IMG/VR virus record: IMGVR_UViG_3300033463_000081
Span: 14,375 to 78,374 of that record
Source: a virus
Lineage: Duplodnaviria > Caudoviricetes
Length of the DNA: 64,000 bases
Direction: 5' to 3' (one strand)
The notes under the pieces were generated by a model. The model saw nothing but the letters and a program-made list of their open reading frames with translations. It searched no databases and had not been told where the DNA came from. The position numbers and the translations under genes are program-made. This document shows positions 63,644 through 64,000 of this stretch, one piece after another (the stretch's first letter is position 1; each line of letters begins with the position of its first letter).

Positions 63644-64000
63644 AGGCCGGGTAGCGCCCGGATAAGTGGTTGGTGGCGGACTCCCCACCGAAAATAAAAA
63701 ATGCCCACGCCTTTATAAGTTGGATGTCTGACGGATAGCATGGCTACAACGGCAGATGTCGCTTTGGCGAGAACGGGAATCGCACAATATAGTTTATTCT
63801 CCGTGGACACTGATATTCTTTCCAAAGGAATGTCTATGAAGTCGGATGGGTTAGGAAGTCCTGAACGATACCTCTCAAGCCTCGATTGCGTAATTGCGGA
63901 TATGAGGATTACCCTAAAGCGAGGCATCTTCCTCCGTGGGTACTACGTCAGTGCCAACAATATAAAAGACTGCGAAAGACCTTCATATCTTATCCTCCCT
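63644..64000 (+). ncRNA. Hairpin-dense non-coding region, possibly the start of a large ornate RNA
   Basis: Stems CCGGG/CCCGG, TCGC/GCGA, ATTCTTT/AAAGGAAT, GCCTCG/CGAGGC enclosing GTAAT/ATTAC; no convincing ORF with RBS. Confidence 0.35.

Noticed and set aside
63645-63675. Twister or HDV ribozyme at GGCCGGGTAGCGCCCGGATAA
   Set aside because: Only a simple hairpin; the required pseudoknot partners and catalytic residues were not found

Overview
This window is part of a tailed dsDNA phage genome, siphovirus-like by gene order. The host is probably a gut or rumen Bacillota (Clostridia), inferred from GAAAGGAG/AGGAGG RBSs, a GH25 endolysin with a CW_7-like tail and InlB-B repeats. Layout: (i) 0.1-1.0 kb, the tail end of an upstream operon (dUTPase). 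(ii) 1.1-36.0 kb, a plus-strand morphogenesis and lysis operon: TerS-like, TerL, portal, protease/scaffold, MCP, holin-like genes, two tRNAs, neck, tail tube, tape measure, baseplate, fibres and endolysin. It is interrupted at 30.3-33.35 kb by a tyrosine-recombinase island carrying two paralogous ribbon-helix-helix units. (iii) 36.1-60.7 kb, more than 50 small minus-strand ORFs, including a cysteine desulfurase, a second tyrosine recombinase, Lar, two ASCH, a C5-MTase-like, DUF4313 and a Gp88-like gene. (iv) 61.0-61.9 kb, a divergent ECF-like sigma factor gene, followed by a very AT-rich stretch that may be the genome end or origin. (v) 62.6-64.0 kb, an apparently non-coding, highly structured RNA cluster. 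Strongest leads: a phage sigma factor with ten copies of a bipartite motif (TCTGATATTT-N10-ATTCACTATTAA, invariant spacer) upstream of the early gene blocks; three covarying copies of a pseudoknot motif that I cannot match to a known family, two of them directly before aberrant tRNA-like RNAs; a tRNA body with a 39-nt insert in place of its anticodon loop; a candidate anti-Shine-Dalgarno sRNA; and an integron-like recombinase/RHH island. All structures and counts were read by eye; no database searches were run.
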